Source: Desulfatiglandales bacterium
GTDB lineage: Bacteria > Desulfobacterota > DSM-4660 > Desulfatiglandales > Desulfatiglandaceae
NCBI GenBank assembly: GCA_963662465.1
Contig: OY759599.1
Coordinates: forward strand, 3,328,001-3,392,000
Direction: 5' to 3'
Length of the DNA stretch: 64,000 nucleotides
In this document: in pieces, positions 41,444 through 50,835 of the stretch
How positions within the stretch are numbered: the first letter of the stretch is position 1
Layout of the letters: every line of letters starts with the position of its first letter
Position numbers and translations under genes: made by a program
Notes under the pieces: model-generated
What the model was told of the DNA's origin: nothing
Seen by the model: only the letters and a program-made list of their open reading frames with translations
Databases searched by the model: none

Positions 41444-42361
41444 TTGGAGCCTCATATGCACGAAACATTTATACCCATAAAACAGGATATCCCCGGATTT
41501 AACCCTTTTTTCGGCGCCTGGGTCTGCCGGGGAGATCTAAATATGGTGGTGGACGTGGGACCCGCGAGTACAGCTGATCGCCTGGTTGATTCACTGAAAT
41601 CAACGGGTATCAAACGTTTGGATTATGTCTTGCTGACCCACATTCACATTGACCATGGGGGAGCACTGGCCGGGGTCCTGGCCCATTACCCTGAGGCCAA
41701 AGTCATTTGCCATAAAAAAGGAATTCCGCATCTGGTAAATCCATCGAAGTTATATGAAGGCAGCCTGAAAGTACTGGGAAATCTGGCGCGGACTTATGGT
41801 TCACCGGGCCCCATTGCTGAAGACAGGCTGGTGCCCCATACGGAATGTGAAGTTGATGGACTGGAAGTGATCGAAACCCCCGGACATGCCCTTCACCACC
41901 TGAGTTTCACCTATCAAAAAAAACTTTACGCCGGCGAAGCCGGGGGGAATTATTTTCTTGTGGGGAAACAGGAATATCTGCGGCCGGCAACCCCTCCCAG
42001 GTTTTTTCTTGACGTGTTCATGGCAAGCGTCGATCGTCTTCTGGCCCTTCCGGATCAACCCATCCGCTATGCCCATGTGGGGGGCGCTGAAAGCGCTCAT
42101 CGGTTGCTGGGACGATTCAGAAATCAATTGACGCTCTGGGCGGCCATCATCGGTGAATTGGTAACTGCGGGGGGACAAAAAGCAGACACCATCCAGGATT
42201 GCGTAGACCGATTATTAAAAAATGATCCCAACCTTGCGGCATTTGAAATCATGGACACAAATACCCAAAAAAGAGAAAAAACGTTCATGGCAAATGCCGT
42301 CAAAGGGTTTGTGGAATTTTTTGAAGAAAATCAAAAAGGCGTTGAAAAACGTAACAACTGA
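41444..42361 (+). CDS. MBL-fold metallo-hydrolase
   Basis: THIHIDH, TPGH. Confidence 0.9.
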   Translation: MEPHMHETFIPIKQDIPGFNPFFGAWVCRGDLNMVVDVGPASTADRLVDSLKSTGIKRLDYVLLTHIHIDHGGALAGVLAHYPEAKVICHKKGIPHLVNPSKLYEGSLKVLGNLARTYGSPGPIAEDRLVPHTECEVDGLEVIETPGHALHHLSFTYQKKLYAGEAGGNYFLVGKQEYLRPATPPRFFLDVFMASVDRLLALPDQPIRYAHVGGAESAHRLLGRFRNQLTLWAAIIGELVTAGGQKADTIQDCVDRLLKNDPNLAAFEIMDTNTQKREKTFMANAVKGFVEFFEENQKGVEKRNN

Positions 42362-42364
42362 ATC

Positions 42365-43048
42365 ATGAAAAAAAATGACTTTTTTGAAAAAACCAACTTC
42401 CAGTCACTTATTGAAGCGGATGGAACCGATCGTATTCAGGACAAACTGAATATTGTCGATGTATTTTTGAACACGGAAGGCCACATTACCCTGGAAGAGA
42501 TGTTGCGTCTTCTTCGGGAAAAAGGCTATGATTTTGAATCGGGTTTTGTCAAACACTGCATGCATCGAATGGTGGAGTTGGGGTTCGCGCAACGTGAACA
42601 GTTTGAGGGACAGCCCATCCGTTATGAGCATCGCCATCTGGGCAGACATCACGATCATATGGTGTGTACCAAGTGCGGAAAAATTGTTGAATTCGCCAAC
42701 GAACAAATCGAGAGACTGCAAATGGAAGTCGCTGCGGGATATGGCTTTCACATGCTTCAGCACCGGATGGAAATATATGGTCTTTGCTCAGACTGTTACT
42801 CAAAACGAACCCCGTTGATGCCGTTGATCCTGGCCAAACCCGGCGAAAGGGTCGTCGTACGAGAAGTGGCCGGATGCAGATACAAGCAAACCAGACTGAC
42901 CTCAATGGGATTGAAACCCGGCGATCATGTTGAAATCATCAATAATACCGGCGGCGGCAGGGTTATTTTAGGGCTTGAAAACACACGCCTGGCCATCGGC
43001 AGGGGGATGGCCAACAAAATCATGGTTTCCCTGTCGGAAGATTCTTGA
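42365..43048 (+). CDS. Fur-family regulator with C-terminal FeoA domain
   Basis: HHDHMVCTKCG, YGLCSDC; RLTSMGLKPG..LAIGRGMA. Confidence 0.88.
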   Translation: MKKNDFFEKTNFQSLIEADGTDRIQDKLNIVDVFLNTEGHITLEEMLRLLREKGYDFESGFVKHCMHRMVELGFAQREQFEGQPIRYEHRHLGRHHDHMVCTKCGKIVEFANEQIERLQMEVAAGYGFHMLQHRMEIYGLCSDCYSKRTPLMPLILAKPGERVVVREVAGCRYKQTRLTSMGLKPGDHVEIINNTGGGRVILGLENTRLAIGRGMANKIMVSLSEDS

Positions 43049-43069
43049 AAATAATTATAATTCGATACG

Positions 43070-43744
43070 TTACACTGCTTTCTGTAATAGTTCCCTGAGC
43101 CTGTCCCGAATGGCCCTGATGCATTTTTCCCCCCCGCTTCGATAGGCATAACGGGCCTTTCTTTCCGCACTCACCCAATCCGGACAATGTCTCAAGGCCA
43201 GTTTCACGATCGCCATCTCATCATCCAGTATAAATCTTCGGAAAATCAGATTGAGAGGCGGGAACCAAAGTTCTTCCCTGGAAATGGCCGCGGCCCAATC
43301 GACGACATAGGGTATCCCGTCAGACCCCAACAGGGTATTGGGGGCCCGTTTCAAGTCGCAGTGGGCGACACCCCGACGGTGAAAGGCATTAACCAGGGTT
43401 TCCATTGCTTCAAAAAATGTATAGGGAAGATGCATCTCTTTTTCCAGATTTTCGAGACTCCTACCTGGGATTTCCTCAACCGCCAGGGCAAGGCCCCCGA
43501 TAACGCCGTAAAACCCGGGCACACCTTTAACGCCGCTGAGCTTTTGATAAGCCCTGGCCTCGCGCCGGATCAGGAAACGACCGACGGTATTCCTAAAAAA
43601 GAATCTGTTGCCGCTAAAATCCTTGACCACGGCTCGGATGCCGTTTTTTTCAACAATCCAGATGGTGGGTCTGGTATTGGAGGCTTTTCTAAGGATACCA
43701 CAATTTGCGGTTGGAAGATCCGATAATTTCAATGTATTAAACAT
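43070..43744 (-). CDS. RIO/Kdo-like kinase-fold protein
   Basis: VVKD, HRRGVAHCDLK, VVDW. Confidence 0.75.
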   Translation of the reverse strand: MFNTLKLSDLPTANCGILRKASNTRPTIWIVEKNGIRAVVKDFSGNRFFFRNTVGRFLIRREARAYQKLSGVKGVPGFYGVIGGLALAVEEIPGRSLENLEKEMHLPYTFFEAMETLVNAFHRRGVAHCDLKRAPNTLLGSDGIPYVVDWAAAISREELWFPPLNLIFRRFILDDEMAIVKLALRHCPDWVSAERKARYAYRSGGEKCIRAIRDRLRELLQKAV

Positions 43745-43812
43745 ACAGTTAAAAAATCCGGTTCATTGCGGATTAACGTGAAATCGCGCTTTGGGATTGT
43801 TTCAGTTCGGGC

Positions 43813-43872
43813 TGTAGGTGCGACTTTAGTCGCACAGGGTAGGCTTAATGTGCGACTAAAGTCGCACCTACA
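43813..43872. repeat. REP doublet (REPIN-like, GTAG family)
   Basis: 24-bp perfect inverted repeat; each arm is GTAG followed by hairpin GTGCGAC-TTTA-GTCGCAC. Confidence 0.8.
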
Positions 43873-44203
43873 ATCGGCTCAGAAGCCAAATCTCACGCAA
43901 ATCCACGATGAGCCAAAAATCCTTTCTAAAACCTTATATTGAATCAAAGGCTCGCGGTTGTCAACACAAAGAAAAAGAGAAAAAAATGCTGACGATAACG
44001 GATTTGGGGAATGATTGGAAAACCGTAAATGTAAACCGAGAAATAAAGGACGCCCGCAAGGATTCCGGATTGCCGCCATGGAACCAGCAATCACAAAAAC
44101 ATCAATTCTTTTTGCAATCCCGACAAAAATAAAGTAAGAATTAGTCTTGGTTCATGGAAGCAACATCAATGGAATGAATTTTATTAAGGAGGAGGAAAAA
44201 AGC

Positions 44204-45031
44204 ATGAAAAAAGCAGGGATTTTGATCACGTTATTGTTGACGCTGACCCTAATGGCCGGATGCGTACACACAAAAGGAGAAGGAACAACGGCTCAACCGG
44301 TTACCACCCTTGACCGCATTGCCCAAAGCGGACAATTGGTGGTAGGAACCGCCGGCAGTATGCCGCCGCTGAATATGACCACCAAAGCCGGCAAAGTCAT
44401 CGGTCTCGAACCGGATATCGCCAATGAAATGGCCATCGCCATGGGCGTGAAGGCAACATTTAAAACCATGCCCTTTGCCGAGCTTCTGCCCGCCCTCGAA
44501 GCGGGGAAAGTGGACATGGTGCTTTCCAGCATGACCATCACCGGCAAGCGAAACATGAAAGTCGCCTTTGTGGGACCCTATTTTATTTCAGGCAAAACTT
44601 TTTTGACCACGGAAACCTGGGTTGCCTCCGCAAAAAATCCTGAAGAGGTAAACAGCCCCAGCACCAAACTGACGGTGCTGAGAGGCTCCACCAGCCAGGA
44701 ATTTGTGCAGGAAGCCTTTCCAAAAGCCACCCTGCTCCCGGCAAAGGATTACGATGAATCCGTTGCCATGGTGCTTCAAGGCAAGGCGGACGCCATGATC
44801 GCGGATTATCCCATCTGTCTGCTGTCCGTCATCCGCTACCCGGATAATAATCTGATCTCGGTTGTGCCGCCCTATACCTATGAGCCCATCGGCATTGCCA
44901 TTCAAAAGAATGATACCCTGCTGACCAATTGGCTGGAGAATTTCCTGGGCGCCATGGCGGGAAGCGGGGATTTGAAAGAGTTGCAGGAGAAATGGTTTAA
45001 GGGTGGCAGCTGGATTAATGAACTCCCTTAG
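44204..45031 (+). CDS. Amino-acid ABC transporter substrate-binding lipoprotein (family 3)
   Basis: Lipobox LMAGC, SBP_bac_3-like motifs. Confidence 0.9.
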   Translation: MKKAGILITLLLTLTLMAGCVHTKGEGTTAQPVTTLDRIAQSGQLVVGTAGSMPPLNMTTKAGKVIGLEPDIANEMAIAMGVKATFKTMPFAELLPALEAGKVDMVLSSMTITGKRNMKVAFVGPYFISGKTFLTTETWVASAKNPEEVNSPSTKLTVLRGSTSQEFVQEAFPKATLLPAKDYDESVAMVLQGKADAMIADYPICLLSVIRYPDNNLISVVPPYTYEPIGIAIQKNDTLLTNWLENFLGAMAGSGDLKELQEKWFKGGSWINELP

Positions 45032-45066
45032 TATCCATCTCTACATTATCCGATGCTGAACTGTTT

Positions 45067-45093
45067 ACGCCCCCGAAAGGGGGCGTTTTTTTT
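45067..45093 (+). terminator. Intrinsic terminator
   Basis: CGCCCCC-GAAA-GGGGGCG followed by T8. Confidence 0.85.
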
Positions 45094-45096
45094 GAT

Positions 45097-46158
45097 TTAG
45101 GGATAAATGCCGGGATGCAGAAGCCCTTCCGTCTCACCCAGGCCGAACATGATGTTCATATTCTGAACCGCACTGCCCGCCTGACCTTTGACCAGGTTAT
45201 CAATCAAGCTCACTACGATCAGTTTTCCGGTTCGTTCATCAACATTCAGGGAAAGATTGCAGAAGTTGCTGCCGCGAACATGATTGCTGATCTGGACTTT
45301 TTCGGGACCGAAAACCCGAATGAAGGGTTCATCGCGGTAAAAGGATTCATAGGCAGCCTTCACTGTTTCCAGGGTCTGCCCCTCCCCCAGTTGGGCGTAC
45401 AGGGTCGTTAAAATACCCCGGCACAGGGGAACCACATGGGGGGTAAAGGTGATGCGAACGTCCTTTCCGGCCACCAGGCCGATCTCTCGTTCAATTTCAT
45501 AAACATGCTGGTGCCCGGATATTCGGTACGCATTCATGGCATCATAACGCGCCGGATAGTGAAAGGTGGCGTTGGGCGTTTTTCCCGCGCCGGAAACACC
45601 GGTTTTGGCATCGCAGATAATGCTTCCCGGATCGATGAGATTAAATTTCATGGCAGGGGACAGCCCGAGGATACAGCTTACCGCAAAGCAACCGGGATTG
45701 CCCACCAGACTGGATTCTGCAATTTCTTTTCGATGGAGTTCCGCAAGACCGTACACCGTCTGAGCCAGGAGTTCCGGGGATGCGTGCGCCTTGTCCCGCC
45801 CGATCCTCTCGGCATATCCGTGATATACATCAGGATCATTGAAGCGAAAATCTCCGCTATAATCAACGACTTTAATGCCTTTCCGCAACCAGTGGCCGGC
45901 GCCTTGCTGGCCAACGCCGTCCGGCGTGGAAAAGAAAACCACATCGAAATCATCCGGGCAGTTCGAATCGTCCGGATCCATAATCACCGTGTCGCAAAAC
46001 CCGGTGAGATGGGGGTAAAGATCACTCATGGGTTTTCCAATATCCTGTTTGTCGATGAGCGCCCGGATTTCCGCATGGGGATGGGCGCTTAAAAGTTCTA
46101 CAGCGCCGCAGCCGCCGTACCCCCCTGCCCCGATAATGCCTACCTTTATTTTGTCCAT
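45097..46158 (-). CDS. argC: N-acetyl-gamma-glutamyl-phosphate reductase
   Basis: NPGC, GVSGAG, IDNLVKGQAG. Confidence 0.95.
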   Translation of the reverse strand: MDKIKVGIIGAGGYGGCGAVELLSAHPHAEIRALIDKQDIGKPMSDLYPHLTGFCDTVIMDPDDSNCPDDFDVVFFSTPDGVGQQGAGHWLRKGIKVVDYSGDFRFNDPDVYHGYAERIGRDKAHASPELLAQTVYGLAELHRKEIAESSLVGNPGCFAVSCILGLSPAMKFNLIDPGSIICDAKTGVSGAGKTPNATFHYPARYDAMNAYRISGHQHVYEIEREIGLVAGKDVRITFTPHVVPLCRGILTTLYAQLGEGQTLETVKAAYESFYRDEPFIRVFGPEKVQISNHVRGSNFCNLSLNVDERTGKLIVVSLIDNLVKGQAGSAVQNMNIMFGLGETEGLLHPGIYP

Positions 46159-46167
46159 GAAATACCT

Positions 46168-47211
46168 CTATACATTAAACCGATAGTTAATAATATCGCC
46201 ATCCTTGACCACATACTCTTTTCCTTCCAGCCGCACCAGTCCCGCTTTTTTCGCTGCCTGAAAGGATCCTTCGGCCTTCAAATCATCGAAGGCCACCACC
46301 TCGGCCCGAATGAACCCCTGCCGGATATCGGAATGCACCTCTCCCGCCGCTTCCAGGGCCGGTATGCCGCCTAAAATGGGCCAAGCCTTCACTTCATCGG
46401 CGCCGACCGTAAAAAAAGAGATGCGGTTCAACATCCCATATGAATGCCGGATAACCCTGTCCAAAGCCGATTCTTGAATATGATAGGCTTCCAGAAACTC
46501 TATGGCTTCATCGGCCGGCATGGCCGCAAGATCCATCTCAAGTTTGCCCCTGACAACAACAAACGGAGGCTTTTCCCGTTGAGCGGCCCAGGCGGGTAGA
46601 TCTTCGTCTTCATCCCCATTGTTGATGAGTACCAGCATGGGTTTGGCGGAAAGAAACGTAAATCCTCTGAGAAGGGGATCCGTTGAGATTTCCGGCGCCT
46701 TTCTGAGGGGCTCACCCTTTTCCAGCATTTCCCGGCATGCGGTCAAGAGCGGCATTTCCGCCTCCCCTTCTTTTCGCCCTCTTTTCAGATCCAGCGCTAT
46801 CCGCTCCATGCGCTTTTCCACGACCCCCAAATCGCTCAGCATCATTTCGTCTTCGACCTTTTGAAAATCCGCATCGCTATTTGCCGGGCCGGACCCGGGA
46901 TCCTCAAAATTGCGCACCACGTGTAAGATGCCATCACAGGTGCGAATCTGGTTCCAGAACTCCCCTTCGGATTTTGCGTCGGAAACGCCCGGCATCAGTG
47001 AGGGAAGCAGATATTCTATTTTCGCATAGGCGATTTTTTTGGGTTGGTACATTTCCACCAGAAAATCGATGCGCTCATCTAAAACCGTAATGGTGGCAAT
47101 TCTGGTGTCTTTACGCGAATTCCCTGGGACACTATCCCCCCGTGCGCCGGTTAACGCGGCAAAAATGGTTGATTTTCCAGACTTTGGACGTCCCGCGATT
47201 CCCAGTTTCAT
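46168..47211 (-). CDS. YchF-like Obg-family ATPase (divergent)
   Basis: GRPKSGKST, HSDIRQGFIRAEV, RLEGKEYVVKDGD. Confidence 0.85.
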   Translation of the reverse strand: MKLGIAGRPKSGKSTIFAALTGARGDSVPGNSRKDTRIATITVLDERIDFLVEMYQPKKIAYAKIEYLLPSLMPGVSDAKSEGEFWNQIRTCDGILHVVRNFEDPGSGPANSDADFQKVEDEMMLSDLGVVEKRMERIALDLKRGRKEGEAEMPLLTACREMLEKGEPLRKAPEISTDPLLRGFTFLSAKPMLVLINNGDEDEDLPAWAAQREKPPFVVVRGKLEMDLAAMPADEAIEFLEAYHIQESALDRVIRHSYGMLNRISFFTVGADEVKAWPILGGIPALEAAGEVHSDIRQGFIRAEVVAFDDLKAEGSFQAAKKAGLVRLEGKEYVVKDGDIINYRFNV

Positions 47212-47216
47212 TGTTT

Positions 47217-47957
47217 TTATAAACCTCCTTTTGAACGTTTCAACAGTACGTAAACAGCGCCGGTGCCGCCATCGTAGGGTTTGGCCGTGGAAAACGCCAG
47301 TATGATTTTCCTGACGGGCCCCCGGCTCAACCATGTGGGGAGCCGATTTTTCAGTACAGGGGTGTGGTTTTCCGAATTCAATCCCTTACCATGAACGATC
47401 AGCACGCACCTGAGTCCACGACCATGACTCTGCATGAGAAAATCCCTGATGCGAGCCTCGGCCGCTTCCTGGGTCAATCTGTGTAAATCCACATAATCCT
47501 GAATGGGAAACAACCCATCCTTCAACTGTTGCATGAGTCTCGGGTCAACCCCCTTCACACAACCTTCCATGTATTCATCGCTGAAGGTAATGTCCATTTC
47601 AGCCGTGCCGCTAATGAGGTCGGAAAGGTGGGCCATGACTTCCAGATCCCCATTCCTCGGTGAATGGGGTGGCTTCAGGGCTTCCTCGTCAGGGGTTTTG
47701 ATGATGATGCGGTTATTTCGGTTTATGGGCTCAACACCGTCCATGGCTTCAATGAACAGCAAATCTTCATCCGTAAAAAGCGCTTTTTCTTTTTTCTTGA
47801 TCTTAAGCGCTGTTCCTTCAAGGGGTTCAGCCCCCTGATGTGCGCCTTTTCTCAAGGGCGCCAACTTCTCAAGGGCAGGGTTGAAAAGCGCTTCTTCGGG
47901 GAAACGTTTTTGCCCTTGCGCAGTGTTCTTTTTGCCTTTTTTTTTCCTGCGAGGCAT
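47217..47957 (-). CDS. Smr domain protein
   Basis: DLH, IVHGKG, DGGTGAVYVLL. Confidence 0.9.
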   Translation of the reverse strand: MPRRKKKGKKNTAQGQKRFPEEALFNPALEKLAPLRKGAHQGAEPLEGTALKIKKKEKALFTDEDLLFIEAMDGVEPINRNNRIIIKTPDEEALKPPHSPRNGDLEVMAHLSDLISGTAEMDITFSDEYMEGCVKGVDPRLMQQLKDGLFPIQDYVDLHRLTQEAAEARIRDFLMQSHGRGLRCVLIVHGKGLNSENHTPVLKNRLPTWLSRGPVRKIILAFSTAKPYDGGTGAVYVLLKRSKGGL

Positions 47958-48078
47958 CCTTTTTCACCTTATCTCGTGATCTCCGCACCGGTAACGCGAA
48001 GGATTTGACTTGAAATTCATTGTAATTTTTATTTATAACATAAAATTGACCGATTTGGTCCTATAAAAATATTTTTAC

Positions 48079-48726
48079 GTGGAGATTGGAACAGTGGCCA
48101 AGATTGATGATTATACAGAGGCAGTGGCACTCGGAAAAAAGGGTCTTATGGAAAAAGACCCGAAGCAAATCGCCGATGACAGCGGTGCAATCCATGATGT
48201 GGACGACGATGGGAAAATCATCCTCTCCATTGATTTTTTAAATAGAAATATCATTTTTTCCTGGCCGGAACTGGATTTTCGTTACGGCGCCGATGGCGCG
48301 GAGGTGCCGATTCAACAACAGATTCTACTGCTTCACCACCTGAATCTTGCCAAGAATATCAAAATATCCAGTGAATGGATCGCTTACCAGGAAGTGCCCG
48401 ACGGCAAATTCTACCTGGATGCATTTCTCAGGCGGGCCAAAAACCCCATGGTACAGGGCTTTGGCAACAATCCGGAACTGCTGGTGAAACTTGCGACCGA
48501 AGTATACGGGGCCACATTGCTGGATCAGGGAGATCTGGCTGTAGTGGTCCAAGCCTTGCCCCGGATCCCGGTGGCCTTAATTTTATGGAAAGGGGACGAT
48601 GAATTTTCCCCGGAAGGAACGATCCTTTTTGACCGGTCCGTTTCCCGGATGCTCTCCGCTGAAGACATCGCCTGGCTTGCGGGAATGATTATTTACCCAC
48701 TGCTGGGAATGGCTTCCGGAAAATAA
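48079..48726 (+). CDS. DUF3786-family protein
   Basis: LPRIPV..LWKGDDEF..ILFD..EDI. Confidence 0.8.
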   Translation: MEIGTVAKIDDYTEAVALGKKGLMEKDPKQIADDSGAIHDVDDDGKIILSIDFLNRNIIFSWPELDFRYGADGAEVPIQQQILLLHHLNLAKNIKISSEWIAYQEVPDGKFYLDAFLRRAKNPMVQGFGNNPELLVKLATEVYGATLLDQGDLAVVVQALPRIPVALILWKGDDEFSPEGTILFDRSVSRMLSAEDIAWLAGMIIYPLLGMASGK

Positions 48727-48745
48727 CGCTTTTTTGAGGTGAACC

Positions 48746-49246
48746 ATGAATTCAGATAAGCCTTTAATCGGCGTGATTATGGGAAGCGTTTCCGATGCCG
48801 ATATCATGAAGGGGTGCGTTGATGTACTGAAGGATATGGGTATCCCCCATGAAGTAAAAATCTTGTCCGCCCACAGGACACCCGAACAGACCCGGGAATA
48901 TGCAATAAGTGCCGCCGAACGCGGCATTCAAGTGATTATTGCGGGGGCAGGATGGGCCGCGCACCTGGCCGGCGCCATTGCCGCCCAGACCACCCTTCCC
49001 GTTATCGGCATCCCCATTGACTCGTCCCCTCTGAAAGGCATGGATGCCCTTTTGTCCACGGTCCAGATGCCTTCGGGCATTCCAGTAGCCACGGTAGCGC
49101 TGGGAAAAGGGGGCGCCAAAAACGCAGCCGTCCTCGGGGCGCAGATTCTGGCTTTGAAATACCCATTTGCAGCGGAAGAAGTGGCCCGCTATCGAAAGGC
49201 CTTGACGGACGCGGCATCGGAAAAAATAGACTCTTGGGATATATGA
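48746..49246 (+). CDS. purE: N5-CAIR mutase
   Basis: [24 protein letters not shown]. Confidence 0.96.
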   Translation: MNSDKPLIGVIMGSVSDADIMKGCVDVLKDMGIPHEVKILSAHRTPEQTREYAISAAERGIQVIIAGAGWAAHLAGAIAAQTTLPVIGIPIDSSPLKGMDALLSTVQMPSGIPVATVALGKGGAKNAAVLGAQILALKYPFAAEEVARYRKALTDAASEKIDSWDI

Positions 49247-49860
49247 AAAAACAAGTGATTGAAGCGGCCAACATCCTGAAATCAGGGGGGTTGGTAGCCT
49301 ATCCAACGGAATCTTTTTACGGACTTGCCGTGGATGTCGGCAACGAAGATGCCATTTTGAGGCTTTTTCGCGTAAAAAAAAGAGAGGCGCATGAACCCGT
49401 TTTGATTCTGATCCCTTCCGTTGAATCTTTGGAACGCTATGTGCTGCATATTCCCGAAACAGCCAAACGAATGATCGAAACATTCTGGCCCGGGGGGTTG
49501 ACGCTGGTTTTTAAAGCGGGTAAAGGTGTTTCATCACTTCTCACTGCAGGAACGGGAAAAATCGGCGTCAGGCTATCGAGCCATCCCGTTGCCATGGCGC
49601 TGCTCCATTGCATGGAAACGGCGATTACGGGCACCAGCGCCAATATTTCAGGAGAACCTCCCTGCGATACCGCCGATGGGGTTGACCGGATTTTTGGGGA
49701 GAGTGTAGACCGGATACTGGATGGGGGGAAAACGCCGGGGCAAAAACCCTCAACGGTTCTGGATATGACGACCCTGCCCTATCGTATTTTGCGGGAAGGG
49801 ATGATCTCAAGAGAGGCACTGCTGCCTTATTGTGAATCGTTAATTGGAGAGAAAAAGTAA
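49243..49860 (+). CDS. tsaC: L-threonylcarbamoyladenylate synthase (Sua5/YrdC)
   Basis: YPTESFYGL, FWPG, TSANISG, PSTV. Confidence 0.92.
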   Translation: MKKQVIEAANILKSGGLVAYPTESFYGLAVDVGNEDAILRLFRVKKREAHEPVLILIPSVESLERYVLHIPETAKRMIETFWPGGLTLVFKAGKGVSSLLTAGTGKIGVRLSSHPVAMALLHCMETAITGTSANISGEPPCDTADGVDRIFGESVDRILDGGKTPGQKPSTVLDMTTLPYRILREGMISREALLPYCESLIGEKK

Positions 49861-49862
49861 TC

Positions 49863-50804
49863 ATGAATCCTGCAATGCCAAAAATTGAAGATCGGGCAAG
49901 AATCAAGGCATCCATTAAAAAGCTGCTCAAAGAAAGAAACGCCATTCTGTTGGCCCATAATTATGAGCCGGCTGAAATACAAGACATTGCAGACCTTTGC
50001 GGTGATTCCCTTGAATTATCCATTAAAGCATCTCAAACCGACGCGGACGTGATTGTTTTTTGCGGGGTTCATTTCATGGCGGAAACTGCCTCAATTCTCT
50101 GCCCTCATAAGACCATTCTGCTCCCTTCAGCCGATGCGGGTTGTCCCATGGCGGACATGATCACGGCGAAGGGGTTGATCGAGAAAAGAAAAGAGATGCC
50201 GGACGCCGTGGTGATCAGCTATGTGAACACCAGCGCGGACGTCAAAGCGGAAAGCGATATGTGCTGTACCTCCGCCAATGTAATTCAGGTTGCCGAGTCC
50301 GTTGCTCCCAACACACCCATTTTAATGACGCCCGACAAAAACCTGGCGCAGTATGCCAAAAGCCGCACAGGGCGGAACATCCATTACTGGCAGGGATATT
50401 GTCCCATCCATAACAACCTGAAGGTAGAACAGGTGATGAAAGTGAAAATGGCCCATCCGGGGGCGCCTTTTCTCGCTCATCCGGAATGTCCGCCGGAAAT
50501 CCTCGATCTTGCCGATGAGATTAAAAGTACATCGGGCATCCTCGCGTATGCGGCCCATTCGAACCAAAAAGAATTTATCATCGGCACTGAAGTGGGAATC
50601 CTGCATCCGCTTAAAAACGCCAACCCGGGAAAAACATTTATTCCAGCCGATCCCGGCATGATTTGCCCTGATATGAAAAAAATCGGTTTAGCCCAAATCC
50701 AACTTTCCCTTGAAACCATGGGTCCGGAAGTGCGGGTTCCCGAAAATATCAGGGTCAGGGCCAAGGCGGCAGTCGAGAGAATGCTGGCGATTCGGGCGAA
50801 ATAA
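49863..50804 (+). CDS. nadA: Quinolinate synthase
   Basis: LAHNY, GDSLEL, FCGVHFMAE, AHPEC. Confidence 0.96.
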   Translation: MNPAMPKIEDRARIKASIKKLLKERNAILLAHNYEPAEIQDIADLCGDSLELSIKASQTDADVIVFCGVHFMAETASILCPHKTILLPSADAGCPMADMITAKGLIEKRKEMPDAVVISYVNTSADVKAESDMCCTSANVIQVAESVAPNTPILMTPDKNLAQYAKSRTGRNIHYWQGYCPIHNNLKVEQVMKVKMAHPGAPFLAHPECPPEILDLADEIKSTSGILAYAAHSNQKEFIIGTEVGILHPLKNANPGKTFIPADPGMICPDMKKIGLAQIQLSLETMGPEVRVPENIRVRAKAAVERMLAIRAK

Positions 50805-50835
50805 CGCTTCATTTCCCATGAGGGAGACACTCCCA

